A DNA stretch of 64,000 bases from Candidatus Bathyarchaeota archaeon (lineage in GTDB: Archaea; Thermoproteota; Bathyarchaeia; 40CM-2-53-6; RBG-13-38-9), in contig CAWECG010000003.1 in assembly GCA_963807605.1 (NCBI GenBank), forward strand, positions 160,001 through 224,000. The letters run 5' to 3'. The translations under genes were made by a program, and so were the position numbers. Position 1 is the first letter of the stretch. Every line of letters starts with the position of its first letter. Below, piece by piece: positions 59,961 to 64,000 of the stretch. The notes under the pieces were generated by a model, which did not search any database, had not been told where the DNA came from, and saw only the letters and a list, made by a program, of their open reading frames with translations.

Positions 59961-60740
59961 CTAAAATCCTGCGAGAAGTGCCATTGCTAAGGCGATCGCA
60001 TCATAAGCACCGTGGACTATCGCTACGGCGGTCATATTCCTGTCAGTCCTCTGCCATATATAACCCAAAAACAATCCTGCTACAAATGTTGGAGCAATAG
60101 CCCTCAGAATGTTCAACGCGTGCAGCATGCCGAACAGAAAGGATGCTAGTAACCATCCCTTCATCTTGCCAAGTGACCCCTCCAAACCCTGCTGGATATA
60201 GCCCCTTGCGAAAAGCTCCTCTATAGGCCCGACCAAAAGCATTGAGAATGCGACCAAAGCGATAAGTTGGATGCCAGTCCTCGGGACAACTAGTTTGGAG
60301 AAGACTTGCTCTGCAGGATCGGTACCAAAGATCGTGCTCTGTACCGCAGCAACTGTTGATGTCAGGATCAACATCAGCACGGCTAGAAGGATCATCTTCA
60401 CGAACATGCTAGCCGAGACCTTCTTGAATCCTAGCTGGCTGAAGCCGGCCCTGCTCCTTCTAGCGAAAACTAAAGTCATGACGAGTATTGTGATCTCGTT
60501 CACGGGAATCGAAACAAGTGATAAGGGATACGGAGGATCCCTGATATTGATTCCTGTGGAGCTTAATGCCGCTACCGTCGCCAAAGATACCAATAAGACT
60601 CCAACCACAACTGCAAAGTAACAGGCTAGGGCCGACCTTCCCCTCCAAGCGGGAGATTTTTCTTCAGTTGCTAAGGTCGAAGCTGACGAGTCTACTGTCT
60701 GAGCGGTCTCACAGAGATCCTGATCATCCATCTCAATCAT
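59961..60740 (-). CDS. CPBP (CAAX/Abi) intramembrane metalloprotease
   Basis: EELFARG, FGMLH, HGAYD. Confidence 0.9.
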   Translation of the reverse strand: MIEMDDQDLCETAQTVDSSASTLATEEKSPAWRGRSALACYFAVVVGVLLVSLATVAALSSTGINIRDPPYPLSLVSIPVNEITILVMTLVFARRSRAGFSQLGFKKVSASMFVKMILLAVLMLILTSTVAAVQSTIFGTDPAEQVFSKLVVPRTGIQLIALVAFSMLLVGPIEELFARGYIQQGLEGSLGKMKGWLLASFLFGMLHALNILRAIAPTFVAGLFLGYIWQRTDRNMTAVAIVHGAYDAIALAMALLAGF

Positions 60741-60819
60741 CTCATAATATTATGCCTATAGTGTGGATAGATGTTTCCGTCTTACTTCAGTACGTCTAGT
60801 TCCAAGGTGTCAGATTTGA

Positions 60820-61473
60820 TTACTTTGTGGTGTCACGGGCTTCTCTCGGATTGGCTGTGGCATCATGAATGTTACCTAGCTTCTTTCCAAATAAGATCTC
60901 GAGATCCTCGGGTCTATTCACGTTTATTCCGATTTCTCTCGCAGCTACTGAAAACGTAGCTTCATCTATTTGTGGTTCATCTATATGCCGGCTGTCCACG
61001 ATGTTTATGCCGACTGCTCTTATCGGAATGTTCTCATGCAATCCCTTCGACTCGTTTTCGCCTTTACGCTCGTAGAGCATTACTGAAGTGACCACTTTCA
61101 GTGAGGGTTTACTACAACTGTGGTAATGCCTAATGATCTTGTCAATCAATCGGCTAGATATTTGTGGCAGATCGGCTGAGATTACAAGAACTATTCTAGG
61201 GATAAGTGTCCGAATGGCCTCTTGAGCATCTTCAACATAATTGTGGCCTTGCGTCTCAATTACTTTCAGCCCCAACCTTCGGGCCATCTCTTTCGTCTTT
61301 GGGGTATGTGGACTTGTTGCAACCACCATCTCCTCTATTCCTGAAGCACCATCAAGCGCCTCTACTACCAGTTCAAGCATAGTCCTCCCATAGACATCTA
61401 TCAAAGGCTTCTCCATCTTGGGGCCCATCCGGCTCCCTCTTCCCCCAGCCATGACAAGTCCGATTAGACCCAA
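60820..61473 (-). CDS. cobY: Adenosylcobinamide-phosphate guanylyltransferase
   Basis: MAGGRGSRM..EKP, SPHTPKT, SADLP, NVN..EDL; cob operon context. Confidence 0.85.
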   Translation of the reverse strand: MGLIGLVMAGGRGSRMGPKMEKPLIDVYGRTMLELVVEALDGASGIEEMVVATSPHTPKTKEMARRLGLKVIETQGHNYVEDAQEAIRTLIPRIVLVISADLPQISSRLIDKIIRHYHSCSKPSLKVVTSVMLYERKGENESKGLHENIPIRAVGINIVDSRHIDEPQIDEATFSVAAREIGINVNRPEDLEILFGKKLGNIHDATANPREARDTTK

Positions 61474-62219
61474 TGGAACATCACCAAGACGAGTAACGAG
61501 CTCGATCTTGCCAGCTCATTGATGGCACCTAGAACATCCCCTGTCACGCAGTTGAAATTCCTATGCGATAATACAACAATAATCCCGCTGACCAGGACTG
61601 CCGCGGCCAAGCCAAATAGGCCCCTGATACCTAAGAAAATTGCGGCGACTGCGATTGAGAAGAGTGAGGCCAGTGCAACCGTGATCTTGCGCCGTCTGAC
61701 TTTCAAAGTCCTGATGAAGATGGCCCCAATTCCATCAAGCGAGGGCCTGCCAATGAGCGCACCAACAACCATCGCCAGTTTTGCAGATGTCTCTGATATT
61801 ACAATACTGGGCATCAGGTCGTGCTGAGTAGTTGCGGATAAACATGATACCAAAAGCAGGGTTGTAACTAGCCCCAGACCCAAGCCACCAGCTCCTGTAG
61901 CTTTATCCCTCATCACAGCAATTTTCGCCTCTGGCAAACCTCTGAACATCAGACCGTCACCAAAGTCCAGGAGCCCGTCAAAGTGGTGCAGACCGGTAGT
62001 GAGGTAGAGAATGCCAACCGTCAGCACGGCCGGGACAAAGCTCGATGGAAAAATGTTCAAAAAGAGGATGCCCAATAAGCCCGCAACGAGCCCTACTCCT
62101 GCACCGACGATTGGAAAAAGATACATGTTAAGTGCGACTTGAAACGGTTCAGCCCTCACCTTCACAGGGATTACTGTAAGAAATGATATGACAGCCTTGA
62201 GATCTTCTGGAAAAGGCAT
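61464..62219 (-). CDS. cobS: Cobalamin synthase
   Basis: FLTVIP, GLHHFDGLLDFGDG, MRD..TGAGG, TGDVLGA..E. Confidence 0.94.
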   Translation of the reverse strand: MPFPEDLKAVISFLTVIPVKVRAEPFQVALNMYLFPIVGAGVGLVAGLLGILFLNIFPSSFVPAVLTVGILYLTTGLHHFDGLLDFGDGLMFRGLPEAKIAVMRDKATGAGGLGLGLVTTLLLVSCLSATTQHDLMPSIVISETSAKLAMVVGALIGRPSLDGIGAIFIRTLKVRRRKITVALASLFSIAVAAIFLGIRGLFGLAAAVLVSGIIVVLSHRNFNCVTGDVLGAINELARSSSLLVLVMFHWV

Positions 62220-62224
62220 CGAGG

Positions 62225-63361
62225 TTACCTTGGCCTCAATAGTTGAGAATACACATTCGATGAGACCCCGGCTACAAGTGCCCCGATTGCATCATCGACG
62301 AATGGACCGAGTCGGCGGATTATGCCAGGCTTCCTCCGGTCGAGCCTCACATACTCAAAGAGTCCTTTGGATCCGCCGATATAGGTGCTAATAGCCATAC
62401 CTATGATCTCATCGGCCAGAAGATCGACACGATCTTTAATGAACTCATTCCTAGGAAGCCCTGGAATCAGCCCTGAGCGGCCATCATCCTCAAGCCTAAA
62501 AGCTGCAAGTACAAGGGCAGCGACGTTATGATCTGAGGAGAACTCTCTAAGCAATTGCCTGAAGATCTTTCTGGCTTGATCTCTGGTCCCCATTGACTTG
62601 TGGTGAATGTAGTTCACCAAAAAAGCTTCTTCGAGATCTTCGATTCTGATGCCACGCTCTTCTAGCCTATCCAGCAGATGCCGAGTTGGGTACAACTTAT
62701 CCTGTTTTGCGATCGCAGCTCTAACAGCTTCGCCCACCGCCGTAGCGATCGACCTCCCCAGTTCTGTCGCCACGCCTGCGTAGTCGCAGAACGGTCCTTC
62801 GTCTGTTGTTCCGATCATTAGTGCGTCTGTTGAGGTTCCGGTTGCGCCATCACCTGAGTTGGCGCTTCTAACATCGAGTTCTCTGAAAACAACTGTCTTT
62901 GCCTCGGTTGCTGTCTGGAGCGCATTCACGAGGCACGCGTCGGTCATCTTTGCATCTGTAAGGACGATGATGTTGACTGTTCCACCCTTGTTCTTGGATC
63001 TCTTGATACGTTCACCGGCCTTTGCGGAGTTAGAGGTGCCTGCAGTTGCGATTGCTGTAACCCTGATATTCCTACTCTCGCATGTTGAGTGGCCGAAGTG
63101 TTCTGGGTTGGCAGCGGTCATGAAACCGACGGTCATGTTAGCATCCAAGTGGCTTCTTGCAACAGCCTTCAGCAGATCTGCTTGGGGATCCTCACTCATG
63201 AAACCTTTTGAGACGTGTTGGATTAAGATCGAGTTGGCTCTTCGTAGCCCACCGTTGAGGGCTGTTGAGCTCAGAACCCTTAGAGGGTGCTGAAACTTGA
63301 TTATTAGCGAGTCTCGTGTTGCTTGGATGGACGTGTTACCTGTGGGAAGATGCATCCTCAT
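62225..63361 (-). CDS. cbiZ: Adenosylcobinamide amidohydrolase fused to the alpha-ribazole phosphatase CobZ (CbiS-like)
   Basis: GFMTAA, ATAG.SN, GTVN, TATEAK, ATGTSTD; C-terminal LADE..G, KPG....LGPF.DD. Confidence 0.88.
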   Translation of the reverse strand: MRMHLPTGNTSIQATRDSLIIKFQHPLRVLSSTALNGGLRRANSILIQHVSKGFMSEDPQADLLKAVARSHLDANMTVGFMTAANPEHFGHSTCESRNIRVTAIATAGTSNSAKAGERIKRSKNKGGTVNIIVLTDAKMTDACLVNALQTATEAKTVVFRELDVRSANSGDGATGTSTDALMIGTTDEGPFCDYAGVATELGRSIATAVGEAVRAAIAKQDKLYPTRHLLDRLEERGIRIEDLEEAFLVNYIHHKSMGTRDQARKIFRQLLREFSSDHNVAALVLAAFRLEDDGRSGLIPGLPRNEFIKDRVDLLADEIIGMAISTYIGGSKGLFEYVRLDRRKPGIIRRLGPFVDDAIGALVAGVSSNVYSQLLRPR

Positions 63362-64000
63362 TGAGAGCCCACTATCCGCTCGTATTCTCGCTCTATCTCT
63401 TCCTGAAGTGATTTCATCGTGATCTGGCCGGCTGTCTTTGCGATAGAGGATATTGATACCCCGCCAGCGCCTACGCCTTCCTTTACCACGCCTGACTCGT
63501 AGGCCTGCAGTCCTGAATACCTCGATCGTTTGAAGTCTAGGTTAGCTGCCATAACCGGGACATTCCCCACTTGGCTGACCAACCCCACAATATCCGAACT
63601 CCGGTCCTTGATCAGCCACCTTGTGGTCGCGATAGACAAACAATCTATCAGTGACGGGTCTATCTCGTTGACTACCGCGAGTACAGCCGCCATCTGAGTT
63701 CCACCTGCCAACATCACTGGGACCTTCTTTGCAGCACCAACTGTCAATCCTGCAACAGCCACTTGCATCGGATCACCGACCATGCTGATGGCTTCGAGAG
63801 GCCTCCCTTTCAATTCGCCCTCCTCCATTCCGGCCGCCTCCATCGCCTGACGCACGACAGATAGTTTGAGGTCATGCGGGTTGTCTGGCATGCTACTACT
63901 AACCTTTCCTTTGGCGTCCAAACCAATGGCGATCATGACCGAGAGGGCGGTGGTCGTTCCACCGGGTATGCTCTCGCCAAGCACCAGATAGTCGGATGCT
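63358..64000 (-). CDS. cobT: Archaeal nicotinate-nucleotide:dimethylbenzimidazole phosphoribosyltransferase, 3' part (runs off the window)
   Basis: GESIPGGTTTA, VGDPM, LAGGTQM, YE.G.VKEGVGAGG. Confidence 0.9.
   Translation of the reverse strand, partial: ASDYLVLGESIPGGTTTALSVMIAIGLDAKGKVSSSMPDNPHDLKLSVVRQAMEAAGMEEGELKGRPLEAISMVGDPMQVAVAGLTVGAAKKVPVMLAGGTQMAAVLAVVNEIDPSLIDCLSIATTRWLIKDRSSDIVGLVSQVGNVPVMAANLDFKRSRYSGLQAYESGVVKEGVGAGGVSISSIAKTAGQITMKSLQEEIEREYERIVGSQ

Overview
Archaeal chromosome segment, shown by a tRNA-Val with a bulge-helix-bulge intron, archaeal cobY/cbiZ-cobZ/cobT and an Lrp regulator. Bathyarchaeia-like Thermoproteota is my inference, not proven. The window has two halves. 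(1) About 2.2-40.8 kb is a mosaic accessory region. It holds ABC exporters, glycosyltransferases, a GH130, dnaJ/hsp20/BON stress genes, bacterial-type fba-pfk, tatAC, one IS element, and many truncated gene fragments and dispersed repeats. (2) About 40.8-64 kb is more orderly: a Rieske/cytochrome b plus heme-copper oxidase cluster, a GT4-HAD-GpgS operon, lrp-glnA-hisC, nrdJ and cobamide salvage genes. The strongest signal is that the accessory half is stitched together by (GC)n runs. I count 24 alternating GC runs of 8 bp or more between 4.1 and 40.6 kb and saw none after 40.6 kb. Many sit exactly at gene-truncation points or at the ends of duplicated segments whose sister copy has no GCGC at that position. 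This points to an undescribed end-joining or recombination process that leaves a self-complementary GCGCGCGC joint. The resident IS is itself inserted in such a site. Other leads are a roughly 170-nt structured ncRNA candidate at 59.7-59.9 kb, tRNA-derived dispersed repeats, an iteron-like palindrome, a CBS-GT4 fusion and an oxidase/bc cluster with altered heme ligands. Several 1-2 bp frameshifts in short homopolymers may be sequencing errors. All coordinates, counts and identities were read by eye.
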